This document shows positions 49,288 through 58,742 of a stretch of 64,000 nt of DNA, in pieces (the stretch's first letter is position 1; each line of letters opens with the position of its first letter). Where the stretch lies: positions 21,558 to 85,557 of the forward strand of contig CAIOPG010000004.1 of the NCBI GenBank assembly GCA_903860135.1, given 5' to 3'. This DNA comes from Candidatus Omnitrophota bacterium. GTDB taxonomy: Bacteria; Omnitrophota; Gorgyraeia; Zapsychrales; Fredricksoniimonadaceae. A program made the translations under genes and the position numbers. Under the pieces are notes generated by a model. It had not been told where the DNA came from. It saw nothing but the letters and a program-made list of their open reading frames with translations, and did no database searches.

Positions 49288-50177
49288 ACTGCCGCAGGTG
49301 CCGGTGGAGGAAGCTCTTCTGAAACTGTTTCCAGTGGGCCGTTCTCCAGACGGTCATAAATATAAGCCCCCGCAATAGCGCTCACAGCTATGGTGACAAA
49401 AATACCGACAAACAAACACAAAAACCCGGCAATATTCAGTAATACAATAAGCAATCCAAAAACAAACAGCCGCCATTTCTGACCCTGTGTGATCACACGG
49501 CTGCGCTTGAGGGCAACGATCGGACCAAGCCCTTTATCAATGATCAAATATATATACATTTGGAACATGAGCATAACAATAAAACCCGGAACAATGAGCA
49601 GGACAAGTCCAAGGGCAACCATTAATCCATAGCACAAAGAAGCCGCAACGACAGGCAGTAACACGCCGACATTAGAGAATAACTCCGCCGCCTCCGGTGC
49701 CTGATCACGCGATACCGCCAGCCAGAACCTGGTCATGACAACAGCTATGAACACGGCCATCAAAAGCCCAACAAACATCAGAACATTATAAACAACTTTA
49801 GGGAAAGGCAGGCGGTACCGGTAATTGTTCAAGAAATTATAAATCTGCGCGCGCTTGGCCTCAAGCTCCGGCGTCAAAGACAACTCGTCCGCGGCTGTCA
49901 TCACCTGCAGTGCTTCCTGAACACGACCGCCCTGATCAATATAGCCAGCTTTCTGCAAAAACCCATAAACCTGATCGACCGCCGCAGTATCCTTGAATTC
50001 AGCAAAGACTTCATATTTCAACACAATATCCTGGCCGGCGAACTTTCCTAACAGCCCTGTACTGACCTGAAAGAATACCCAACAAACAGTAACCAGCGCA
50101 ATCGGTGCCCAATACTTCCTCGTCATTGCCCAGCCATGCCCGATCGCTTCTTTATATGAAAACTTCGCTTCTGCCAT
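49284..50177 (-). CDS. Integral membrane protein (DUF975-like)
   Basis: GLVLLIVPG, IIDKGLGPI.ALKRS..IT.G.KW, several TMs. Confidence 0.8.
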   Translation of the reverse strand: MAEAKFSYKEAIGHGWAMTRKYWAPIALVTVCWVFFQVSTGLLGKFAGQDIVLKYEVFAEFKDTAAVDQVYGFLQKAGYIDQGGRVQEALQVMTAADELSLTPELEAKRAQIYNFLNNYRYRLPFPKVVYNVLMFVGLLMAVFIAVVMTRFWLAVSRDQAPEAAELFSNVGVLLPVVAASLCYGLMVALGLVLLIVPGFIVMLMFQMYIYLIIDKGLGPIVALKRSRVITQGQKWRLFVFGLLIVLLNIAGFLCLFVGIFVTIAVSAIAGAYIYDRLENGPLETVSEELPPPAPAAV

Positions 50178-50216
50178 AAGGCCCCCTTTGATGAATCATA
50201 CCGTCAGAACAATCAA

Positions 50217-51245
50217 TTATACCTGATCCGCCACACGTAAAACAAGAGCTTCAGAATCCTGCCAGCCAAGGCATGCATCGGTGATCGACCGGCCGTAAAC
50301 GCCGCCGGTCACATCCTGACTGCCTTCTTCGATATAACTCTCGACCATGATGCCGCGCACGAACGACCTGAGTTCAGGGGCATATTTGAGGCTGTTAAGG
50401 ACCTCCTGCGCCACGCGCGGCTGTTCGCGGAACTGGCGGTTGGAATTGGCATGGCTCACATCGACCATGACGGCGGGATTCTCAAGTTTCGATTCCGCAT
50501 AAAGTTTCTTGAGCGCGACAATGTCTTCAAAATGATGATTGGGCAAAGACCGACCGAACGGGCTCACGGCCCCGCGCAGGATACAATGAACCAACGGATT
50601 CCCTGTGGTCGCCACCTCCCAGCCGGCATAAGCAAAAATATGCGGCGACTGCGCGGCCCGCACAGAATTAAGCATCACGCTCACATCCCCGCTCGTCGGA
50701 TTCTTCATCCCCGCCGGCACATCCAACCCGCTGACCGTCAGCCGGTGCGCCTGGTTCTCGACCGAACGCGCGCCAACGGCCACATAACTGAGCACGTCTG
50801 CCAGATACGGATAATTTTCAGGATAAAGCATCTCGTCGGCTGCACTCAAGCCCGATTCCTTGATCGCACGGATATGCATCCGCCGGATCGCCATCAGGCC
50901 GGCAACGATATTCGGATCCTCGTTAGGGTCGGGCTGATGCGCCATGCCCTTGTAACCGATCCCCGTCGTGCGCGGTTTGTTGGTATAGATCCTCGGCAAA
51001 AGGAGCAATTTTTCCTGCACCCGCGACTGTAGCTTTGCCAAACGGGCCACATAATCGCAAACCGCATCCTCATTGTCCGCCGAACACGGCCCGATAATAA
51101 CAAGAAACTTCGAACTCCTGCCTGTGATAATATCCGCCACCGCACGGTCGCGCTGCTGTTTCAACTGCGCCCATTGCGGGCTGACCGGCAATTGCTTCAA
51201 AACTTCCCCTACGGAAGGGAGCTGTTTACGGTACTCAAACGGCAT
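50217..51245 (-). CDS. aroG: DAHP synthase class I-alpha
   Basis: IIGPCSAD, R.YTNKPRT..GYKG, VGARSVE.Q.HR, KNPT.G, DVSHANS, SITDACLGW; feedback isoform cannot be assigned. Confidence 0.9.
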   Translation of the reverse strand: MPFEYRKQLPSVGEVLKQLPVSPQWAQLKQQRDRAVADIITGRSSKFLVIIGPCSADNEDAVCDYVARLAKLQSRVQEKLLLLPRIYTNKPRTTGIGYKGMAHQPDPNEDPNIVAGLMAIRRMHIRAIKESGLSAADEMLYPENYPYLADVLSYVAVGARSVENQAHRLTVSGLDVPAGMKNPTSGDVSVMLNSVRAAQSPHIFAYAGWEVATTGNPLVHCILRGAVSPFGRSLPNHHFEDIVALKKLYAESKLENPAVMVDVSHANSNRQFREQPRVAQEVLNSLKYAPELRSFVRGIMVESYIEEGSQDVTGGVYGRSITDACLGWQDSEALVLRVADQV

Positions 51246-51268
51246 ACGCCACTCCTTTTGCCTGACAA

Positions 51269-51991
51269 CTATTTATCCGCGGCATCCCCGATGTCGCGCA
51301 GCTCCGCCGGCAGCCTGGCCTTGAGGCGTTCAATATCCTGCCGCGCCTGGGCAAGCATTTTCTGCGCCTTGTCAAAATCATCCTTGGCCACCCACTGGTC
51401 AGCTTCTTTCTTGACCTTCAATTTAACATTCTCATTTCTAAGGGCCCGGGCTTCCTCGAGCAATTCTTTCCAGCGACGCTCCAGATCGCCGTTTTGCGCC
51501 GCCACTTTCCGCAGATCTGACGTTAGTGCTTCCTTGACGAGACGCAACTCCTTGACCTCATACTCAAAACGGATGCGCTGGTTGGATTCTGTATGCAGAG
51601 CCGCATTGACCCGGCCGATCTCGGCCCGCAAACCTTCTTCCTGCTTCTTCTCCTTCACCAGGGACACTTCTTCCTTCCGCCGCCAGGACTTCTCCTGATC
51701 AAGCTCCAATTCCAACCCACGGATAACCGACGCAAGCTCTTCACATTCACGCGTCTTTTCTTTTTGCGCCTCTCGCGAGTCCTGAATGGAAGTTTCCATC
51801 GCCCGGATACGCCGCTCAAAACGCTCGGTTAGTTCAGAAAGATCCGCCGGATTCTGAACCGGCGCTAGCACTTCCTTCCGGCGCTTCTTCCGGCGGGCAG
51901 GATCACGTTCAGGCCATCGGGACACCATCCACGCCAACGCCGCCAGAAGCAAAAGCGCGCCGGCGATGATCGCCAGTGACAACACGTCCAT
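51269..51991 (-). CDS. Membrane-anchored coiled-coil protein
   Basis: One N-terminal TM, basic patch, long E/K/R-rich coiled coil; TAATG coupling with the Hpt gene. Confidence 0.8.
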   Translation of the reverse strand: MDVLSLAIIAGALLLLAALAWMVSRWPERDPARRKKRRKEVLAPVQNPADLSELTERFERRIRAMETSIQDSREAQKEKTRECEELASVIRGLELELDQEKSWRRKEEVSLVKEKKQEEGLRAEIGRVNAALHTESNQRIRFEYEVKELRLVKEALTSDLRKVAAQNGDLERRWKELLEEARALRNENVKLKVKKEADQWVAKDDFDKAQKMLAQARQDIERLKARLPAELRDIGDAADK

Positions 51992-52347
51992 TACAACGCA
52001 CCCTTATCATGCATCTTCCTGATGCGAGCGGCTTCGGCCACAAATTCGTTGAACTGTGCCCCGAGCAATTCAACAGCCGGCCCCGTCGCGGAAATTTCAC
52101 CGGTTTTGGCGATCGCATCGAGCGCAATACAGTTAGCGTACATCCGGGCAGCTGAAATATTACCGGTCGCCCCCTTAAACCCGTGCACGATCGTCCGGAA
52201 AGCCGCACAGTCCTTGTCCTGAAATGCTTTCTGAAAAGAAGCATACTTGGGTGGAAAATCTTCCGTGAAGATATCAAACAATTCCAATAGAAGCTCGGCA
52301 TCATTCTGCACCCGCTCCATGCCATCTTTAAAATCAATAATATCCAT
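51991..52347 (-). CDS. Hpt phosphotransfer protein
   Basis: D.ELL.EL..IF, HGFKGATGNISA. Confidence 0.9.
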   Translation of the reverse strand: MDIIDFKDGMERVQNDAELLLELFDIFTEDFPPKYASFQKAFQDKDCAAFRTIVHGFKGATGNISAARMYANCIALDAIAKTGEISATGPAVELLGAQFNEFVAEAARIRKMHDKGAL

Positions 52348-52350
52348 GAC

Positions 52351-54273
52351 TCAGGCCTCTTTCTTCTGTCTGACAAGATTGATGATTTCCCCGAAAAGCT
52401 GCTGCCGGTCAACAGGCTTGGCAATATACCCATCCATGCCCGAGGCCAGGTACTTTTCACGATCACCGGACATGGCGTTGGCTGTCATGGCAATGATCGG
52501 CACATGTAACCCCGTCTGTTTTTCCTCGATCCGGATAAGTGCTACTGCCTCAAGACCGGTCATCTCGGGCATATGGTCATCCATGAGGATCATATCAAAA
52601 CACGCTTTGCCATGCGCTTCCACAGCCTCCCGGCCATTGTTGACCGCCACAACCTCCCAGCCTCTTTTCTCAAGGATACGCACCGCGATCTTCTGATTGA
52701 CCAGGTTATCCTCTGCCAGCAGGATCTTCAAGCGCCCGACATCCTCTTGCGGCACAGCCGTGATGGCTGCATCCGGAAGCTTTTCCGGCAAATGGAGACT
52801 TACAGGGAACCTGAGAATAAAATTAAACGTACTCCCCTCACCAGGACTGCTTTCCACCCACAGGCGGCCATCCATAAGCTCGACCAACTTTCGCGAAATA
52901 GCCAGGCCAAGCCCGGTCCCGCCGTAGCGGCGCGCTGTCTGCTCATCCGCCTGGCTGAAGGCCTCAAAGATACGGGTATGTTTATCCTGTGGGATGCCGA
53001 TCCCGGTGTCCTTGACGGAGAAAAGAACATCGCACCGGGACTCGCTTCTGGCCGACAACGTGACATTCACGGCCACGCCTCCCTTGTGCGTGAACTTGAT
53101 CGCATTATTGATCAGGTTGATGATGATCTGTCGGATACGTATCGGATCCCCCATGACAAAAGGAGGAACTTCCGATGCCACATCCCATCGGAGATAAAGA
53201 TTCTTGTTCTGCGCCAGGACCTGCATGCCGCGGCAGGCACTGCGAAGTATCTCCGTCAACGGGATCTCCATCACATCAATAGAAAGCTTGCCAGCCTCGG
53301 CGCGTGAAATATCAAGGATATCGTTGATCAGCCGCAGTAAATTCGCCGCCGCATCTTTCGCCGCCCTCAGATTGTCCTGCTGTTCGCAAGAAAGGCTTGT
53401 CTCCAGCGTCAACTCAAGCATCCCGATAATAGCGTTCATCGGGGTGCGCAATTCGTGCGACATCTTGGCCAGCGAAAGGCTTCGGACGCCGCTAGCCTCC
53501 CCGGCCTCCAACCTCACCTTGGCCAACATCGCCTGCGTGCGCCGTTGTTTGGTGTTATCACGAAAAATAACAATGGAACAGGCGTCTCCCTCCCCGGCAT
53601 CCGTAATGATAGAAACCGAAGCATTGACGTCGAGGAGGGTGCCATTTCTACGGATAATCTTGGTCATAATCCCTGCCACAATGCCTTTGCGGCGAATATT
53701 GAGCCGGCATATCTTGCGCCATTCACGGTCAGGATAAAGATCCTTGAGCGGTTTATTGAAAAGATCCTCCCGCGACATTTCAAATATCTGCGCCGCAAAA
53801 GGATTCCAAGCCACGATCCTGTCATCTTTATCTGCCACGATAATGGCGGCGGCGGCATGTTCAAATACCGTCTTGAAAAGGCTCCTGGTCCGCTCAAGAT
53901 CCAGCTCGATCTCTTTCTTGCGGGTCATGTCTTCGGCTGAAAGATCAAGGGTTCCCGCACTGCCCGCCCCGCGTTTGGCCACAACAGAGAGGGAGCTCCA
54001 GACGGTGCCCGCATCTTTGCGCCGCAAGAGCACCTCATAATTCTCGGGCAAAACCTTCTTCTTCAGGCAGGACAAGAAAACACGATAATCCGTCGCTACC
54101 GCAAAAATATCCGCCACCCTGCTCCCGAGCAATTCTTCAGGCTTATATCCCAGCATACCGGCGAAGGCCTTGTTCACAAATAGGAACTTGGCGCTGACGC
54201 CGATACCCATACGGCAAATCCCCGTCTTGAGGTCATTGATAATTTCCTGCATTTGGATGTGATTGAATGCCAT
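52351..54273 (-). CDS. Cytoplasmic PAS-PAS hybrid histidine kinase with receiver domain
   Basis: Two PAS domains, MSHELRTPMN, NAIKFT, DTGIGI, GGTGLGL, receiver AEDN..NQ / ILMD..MP / AKP. Confidence 0.95.
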   Translation of the reverse strand: MAFNHIQMQEIINDLKTGICRMGIGVSAKFLFVNKAFAGMLGYKPEELLGSRVADIFAVATDYRVFLSCLKKKVLPENYEVLLRRKDAGTVWSSLSVVAKRGAGSAGTLDLSAEDMTRKKEIELDLERTRSLFKTVFEHAAAAIIVADKDDRIVAWNPFAAQIFEMSREDLFNKPLKDLYPDREWRKICRLNIRRKGIVAGIMTKIIRRNGTLLDVNASVSIITDAGEGDACSIVIFRDNTKQRRTQAMLAKVRLEAGEASGVRSLSLAKMSHELRTPMNAIIGMLELTLETSLSCEQQDNLRAAKDAAANLLRLINDILDISRAEAGKLSIDVMEIPLTEILRSACRGMQVLAQNKNLYLRWDVASEVPPFVMGDPIRIRQIIINLINNAIKFTHKGGVAVNVTLSARSESRCDVLFSVKDTGIGIPQDKHTRIFEAFSQADEQTARRYGGTGLGLAISRKLVELMDGRLWVESSPGEGSTFNFILRFPVSLHLPEKLPDAAITAVPQEDVGRLKILLAEDNLVNQKIAVRILEKRGWEVVAVNNGREAVEAHGKACFDMILMDDHMPEMTGLEAVALIRIEEKQTGLHVPIIAMTANAMSGDREKYLASGMDGYIAKPVDRQQLFGEIINLVRQKKEA

Positions 54274-54276
54274 AGG

Positions 54277-54558
54277 TCAACGTTTGATTTTAATGTTGAG
54301 CAGGATCGCGACCAAATTGATCACGCCCGTCGTAGCTGCTAGCCCGGCCAGCGAATACCTGAAGAGTGCTGTACCGAGGTCAATTGTTGCGAACCCTCGA
54401 ATAACCCACGCGGTCAGCACAATCCCCAACACCACGGCGAAAGCGGAGATCAGAAAAATAAACAGCGACAAAAGCAGCGAAAAAAGGACAACCAATACAT
54501 TATAAAGAACGAGATCATCTTTCGCGCAACGGCTTGCAGCTACCCCGATCCTTTTCAT
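54277..54558 (-). CDS. Small hypothetical membrane protein
   Basis: 93 aa, two to three hydrophobic helices, in operon orientation. Confidence 0.7.
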   Translation of the reverse strand: MKRIGVAASRCAKDDLVLYNVLVVLFSLLLSLFIFLISAFAVVLGIVLTAWVIRGFATIDLGTALFRYSLAGLAATTGVINLVAILLNIKIKR

Positions 54559-54606
54559 GATGATGACCTGTCTGTATATGTTACGCCGGATCGAACCGGC
54601 AAAAGA

Positions 54607-55221
54607 TCACCGCTCGAACTTGACCACATTTTCCCACCACGCCGACGGATCCCATTCCTGCAATTCTGCCCAGAGCTTTCGGGCGGTCACCGTCTTTAAA
54701 AACCCTGGGGCGCGCTCCAGAAATTTTGCGGCAACCGGATAACCGCTGTGCTCATATTCCCTGGCCTGAACCAGGCATTCGAGAATATCCGCATCACGCG
54801 CGATCAAGGCCTCGGGCGTCAACTGGGTATCGTAGTCGCCCCGGATGTCCGTCAACGCCTGACGCACACGCGGCGGTAACACCGCCACCTGATCCTTGAA
54901 AACACGTTTTTCGGCATCCTTGAAATCAATGTAATAATGCCCCATCTTGTGCAGGTCATTGATGCGCGATTCATGGATATCATTGAACAGGGTCATGGCC
55001 AGGACGCGGTAAGCATCCGCCCCCTCTTCATGCGCGATATAAAACCCGATCACCGCGCAGCGGAAACAATGATCCGCGACACTTTCAGGATCCTTGATGC
55101 CCACCACCCACCAGCCACTGCGCTTGACGCGTTTGAGCAGGCCGGCCTCGGCAAAGAAATCAAGGGCACTGTTACGCCGGACGTTTTTGGGACTGCTGAC
55201 TTTTTTGTTTTTTGATTTCAT
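54607..55221 (-). CDS. HD-domain hydrolase (YfbR/HDDC2-like)
   Basis: LKRVKRSGW, ESVADH, RDAD.LE; the HD dyad reads ND (FNDIHESR). Confidence 0.85.
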   Translation of the reverse strand: MKSKNKKVSSPKNVRRNSALDFFAEAGLLKRVKRSGWWVVGIKDPESVADHCFRCAVIGFYIAHEEGADAYRVLAMTLFNDIHESRINDLHKMGHYYIDFKDAEKRVFKDQVAVLPPRVRQALTDIRGDYDTQLTPEALIARDADILECLVQAREYEHSGYPVAAKFLERAPGFLKTVTARKLWAELQEWDPSAWWENVVKFER

Positions 55222-55912
55222 AACAAAATACTGCGGCCGCATGCGCCGCGTTTAAGGAAAGCCGCGGATGCGCCATGGGCACCGTCAGCTTCATGTCAAT
55301 GCGCGATAACGTGATATCGCGAATACCTTTACCTTCAGACCCGATCACAAGCCCCACAGGAAAAGCGAACTTGGCCGTAGCCACATCTTCTCCGTCCTTG
55401 ACCACACTGCCCGCGATCCAGTAGCCCTTGGCCCTGGCCTTCTCAATGGCATTATTAAGGTTGTTCACCTTGGCGATCTTCACATAGTTCTCGCCGCCGC
55501 AGGCCACGCGCGTCACCGTATCGGTCACTTCAACCGCGCCGTGCACCGGGATGATGATGGCAAAACCGCCCAGACACGCCGCCGTGCGCAAGATGGCGCC
55601 AAAATTCTGCGGGTCCGTAATGCCGTCGAGAAACAGCGGCGTATCGCCCGCAGCGAACATTTCTTCAAGAAGGTCATCGTAATCGGCATAGGAAAAATCA
55701 GCCACCTCGATCAACAGCCCCTGCGTGTTATGGCTGCGCCCAAGCTTCAGCATCTTCGTCGCCGGAACCATGCTCACGGGGATACCGTGCTTCTTGGCCT
55801 TCTGGGCAATATACGCCCGCTCGGCATGCCCTGTTTCGATAAAAATATGGCGGATACTTTTAGGATCTGCCTTGATGCGTTCCAGCACCGGGTTCTTGCC
55901 GTAAATCTTCAT
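55172..55912 (-). CDS. rlmB: 23S rRNA 2'-O-methyltransferase RlmB-like
   Basis: IYGKNPV.E, QG, LDGITDPQNFGAILRTA, VIGSEGKG, SLN. Confidence 0.88.
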   Translation of the reverse strand: MKIYGKNPVLERIKADPKSIRHIFIETGHAERAYIAQKAKKHGIPVSMVPATKMLKLGRSHNTQGLLIEVADFSYADYDDLLEEMFAAGDTPLFLDGITDPQNFGAILRTAACLGGFAIIIPVHGAVEVTDTVTRVACGGENYVKIAKVNNLNNAIEKARAKGYWIAGSVVKDGEDVATAKFAFPVGLVIGSEGKGIRDITLSRIDMKLTVPMAHPRLSLNAAHAAAVFCYEIKKQKSQQSQKRPA

Positions 55913-56640
55913 TTTTTGATCCCCAGTCCAAGATAAAATACAGGTTTCAGGATGCTCCACCAGCCGAAAAAGGGAGTCATTTTAGTATAGCCCAACCGCT
56001 TGGGTGGGTAAATCTTGGTCACAAAGACTTCAGTGAACCTGTAACGCAAACGGATCGCTTTAAACATCAAGTAAGGCTCAAGTTCATACGCATCCAGCCA
56101 ATCCTGGTCAAGGTTGATCCGCGGGTCACGCGTGAAATCAAGGCGAAAAGCCCGGAACCCATTAGTACTGTCCGTCAGGCACCGCCCAGTAAAGAGCGAC
56201 ATCAACCAGGGATGCAGGCGCGTGGCGACTTTACGGTAAAAAGGCATATCTCCGCCGGTGCCGCAACGGCCCAGATACCGTGACCCCTGCACAAAGTCAT
56301 ACCCCTCTTCTAGGAGCGGCCGCAATACAGCAGGGATGTCCGCAGGATCATCCTTGTCATTGCCCGCCATGATCACAAGCACATCATACCCGTTATTCTG
56401 GGCATAACGGATCGCTGTCCGGATGGCCGCGCCGACGCCGCTCCGGCGCGCATGCTTGACCGTCTTTACCCCTGCAGAAGCAAAAGCCGCGATCTCCTCC
56501 GTTGTCCCGTCCGTTGAACAATCATCGACGACCAGATAATCCGCCATCGCAGCCGCCGGGCTTTTCAAAAACCGCCCAATCACATTTTTGATCTTCTCAC
56601 GTTCGTTGAACGCTACCGGCGACACCAGAACCTTAGCCAT
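55909..56640 (-). CDS. GT2 glycosyltransferase (polyprenol-phosphate sugar synthase-like)
   Basis: [33 protein letters not shown]. Confidence 0.9.
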   Translation of the reverse strand: MAKVLVSPVAFNEREKIKNVIGRFLKSPAAAMADYLVVDDCSTDGTTEEIAAFASAGVKTVKHARRSGVGAAIRTAIRYAQNNGYDVLVIMAGNDKDDPADIPAVLRPLLEEGYDFVQGSRYLGRCGTGGDMPFYRKVATRLHPWLMSLFTGRCLTDSTNGFRAFRLDFTRDPRINLDQDWLDAYELEPYLMFKAIRLRYRFTEVFVTKIYPPKRLGYTKMTPFFGWWSILKPVFYLGLGIKK

Positions 56641-57139
56641 GTCCCGCCCCTTCCGCGCACGGACGTCCGTCATCACCAGCCGTACCCACCTGCCGGGCCG
56701 GATTGCCGACAACGATCGCGTAAGCCGGAACATCTTTCACAACCACCGCCCCGGCACCGACCACCGCACGCTCTCCGACTGTCACGCCGCACAAGATGGT
56801 CGCATTACCACCAAGCGAAGCACCCTTCTTCACAATGGTTTTCTCAAGCTTCCAGCCCACAGCACGGCTGCGTGGATAACGGTCATTGGTAAACACCACC
56901 GCCGGACCGACAAAAACACCGTCCTCAAGCACCACACCGTCAAAGATCGAAACCCCGTTCTTGACCGTCACATTATTACCGATCACGGCTCCGCTCTCGA
57001 TATAACAATGGTCGCCGATATTACAACCGCCACCGATCACGGCACCAGCCTGAATATTGCAGAAAGCCCATACCCGTGTACCCTGACCGAGGCAGGCCTG
57101 CGGGCTCACCAGTGCTGTATCGTGCTTGATATAATTCAT
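56633..57139 (-). CDS. Hexapeptide sugar N-acetyltransferase (FdtC/WbpD-like)
   Basis: TRVWAF, VFTND.YPRS, VVGNPAR. Confidence 0.88.
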   Translation of the reverse strand: MNYIKHDTALVSPQACLGQGTRVWAFCNIQAGAVIGGGCNIGDHCYIESGAVIGNNVTVKNGVSIFDGVVLEDGVFVGPAVVFTNDRYPRSRAVGWKLEKTIVKKGASLGGNATILCGVTVGERAVVGAGAVVVKDVPAYAIVVGNPARQVGTAGDDGRPCAEGAGHG

Positions 57140-57140
57140 G

Positions 57141-58154
57141 TCAGACTACCGCCAGGCTTCCGTTGTTATCCATGGACTTCTGAATGGCCGTCAGCGTGCG
57201 CACCACCTGTGCGCCCCGGCGCGCATCGGCCAAGTCAGGCGGACGCCCTGTTTTGATACACGCCATGAAATACTGCCCCTGCAACTTCAACGGCTCGCCG
57301 AGGCTTATCCTCGGGATGGTGATACTGCCTTCGCGCGACAAAAGTTGAAACTCGCCATAGGACGCATAATACTTGGATGTGCGCTCCACCGACTTGTCAT
57401 AAACCTTGACCGCGCCCATAGGATCAAGGTCATCCCAGACGAGCATTTTCTTTTCACCCACGATCGTGATCTGGCGGATCTTGCGCGGATCCGCCCAGCT
57501 GACATGCAGGTTAGCCATCTTGCCTGCCGGATAATCGAGCGTGGCAAACGCAAGGTCTTCGAGCGAATTCCCAAGGCATTTAAGCCCTCGCGCCGACGCT
57601 CCGACGGCAGCTTCCCCGAATAAAAAATCAAAGATAGCAATATCATGCGGTGCCAGATCCCAGAGGGCATTGACATCATAACGAAACGGGCCGAGGTTGG
57701 TGCGCTCGGAATGCGCATAATAAATACGACCAATATCGCCGGCATCGATGCACGCCTTCATCCAGCGGATCCCGGCGTTAAAAACAAACACATGACCGAC
57801 CATGAGGCAACGCCCCGCCTTGGCCGCCAAAGCCTCAAGTTCAACGCACTCTTCGGGCGTCATGGCCAGTGGCTTTTCACACAGCACATGCTTGCCAGCC
57901 GACAGTGCCTCTTTGGTGAACGCATAATGCCATCGCGTCGGCACCGCTATAACGACGGCATCAATGGAAGCATCTTCAAGGATCTGGCGATAATCCTTCA
58001 CGCCACGTATCCCCGGAAACGCGGCGCCAACGGCATCCAACCGCCCCTGGTCAAGATCCGCACACATGGTGCAAGACGAATCCTCAAGCCCAGAAAATAC
58101 GCGGATATGATTGGGACCCCAGTGACCACATCCAATAACACCAACTGATATCAA
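57141..58154 (-). CDS. Gfo/Idh/MocA family oxidoreductase (nucleotide-sugar 3-dehydrogenase-like)
   Basis: [28 protein letters not shown]; TTG start after GGAGG. Confidence 0.9.
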   Translation of the reverse strand: MISVGVIGCGHWGPNHIRVFSGLEDSSCTMCADLDQGRLDAVGAAFPGIRGVKDYRQILEDASIDAVVIAVPTRWHYAFTKEALSAGKHVLCEKPLAMTPEECVELEALAAKAGRCLMVGHVFVFNAGIRWMKACIDAGDIGRIYYAHSERTNLGPFRYDVNALWDLAPHDIAIFDFLFGEAAVGASARGLKCLGNSLEDLAFATLDYPAGKMANLHVSWADPRKIRQITIVGEKKMLVWDDLDPMGAVKVYDKSVERTSKYYASYGEFQLLSREGSITIPRISLGEPLKLQGQYFMACIKTGRPPDLADARRGAQVVRTLTAIQKSMDNNGSLAVV

Positions 58155-58198
58155 AAAAACCTCCCGATAACCAGTAACTTGCTAATATATTTTTAGTT

Positions 58199-58281
58199 AT
58201 TATATAAGGGAAACCCGCCGGCTCAAACACTTTCTTTCAGAAAGAATTTCAGTTGCATTCACCGCAGAGAGTTCCTACAAT
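58199..58281. promoter_or_regulatory. Divergent promoters of the sugar-modification cluster
   Basis: Minus strand TTGAGC-16-TATAAT; plus strand TTGCAT-17-TACAAT (58253-58281). Confidence 0.55.
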
Positions 58282-58298
58282 GGGGGCATTCATACGCC

Positions 58299-58742
58299 AT
58301 GACAAATATGACCACACCCCTCATGCTCCTGCCGTTACGTCAGAAAATCCTGGGAGGACTTATTATCCTGCTTGTTGGCGTTCAAATATCCCAGACAACG
58401 CTGACTTTTTCAAAAATATGGCCGCTAAAACGGCCGACCGCTTTCATTTTTGCCGGGCAGAAATTCGCCAGCCTCGCGCCATTGCTGAAAGGCCAGAAAT
58501 ATGCCGGCTACTACACCGATACCAACGTCGACGAAGGCCGCGCCCTGCTTGAACTCCTGCAGGCCCAGCATATCCTTGCCCCGCTGATCCTTGATCCGGA
58601 AAACCTTGATCACCGTTATGTCATCATCAATTGCGTCAACCTGCCACGCACCATCGAAAAGTTCAAAGCCATGGGCGCAAGACCGGTCGCCGCCACCCCC
58701 TCGGGCATCTTGCTCGTCGAGCGTCCGGAGTTCGGACCATGA
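58299..58742 (+). CDS. Hypothetical single-TM protein
   Basis: 147 aa, N-terminal TM, Q..LAP motif; ATGA-coupled to the next gene. Confidence 0.7.
   Translation: MTNMTTPLMLLPLRQKILGGLIILLVGVQISQTTLTFSKIWPLKRPTAFIFAGQKFASLAPLLKGQKYAGYYTDTNVDEGRALLELLQAQHILAPLILDPENLDHRYVIINCVNLPRTIEKFKAMGARPVAATPSGILLVERPEFGP

Noticed and set aside
57141-58154. Calling the oxidoreductase GnnA (lipid A diamino-sugar pathway)
   Set aside because: It is not linked to the lpx operon, has no adjacent GnnB, and sits with an acetyltransferase and GT2; the assignment cannot be supported.
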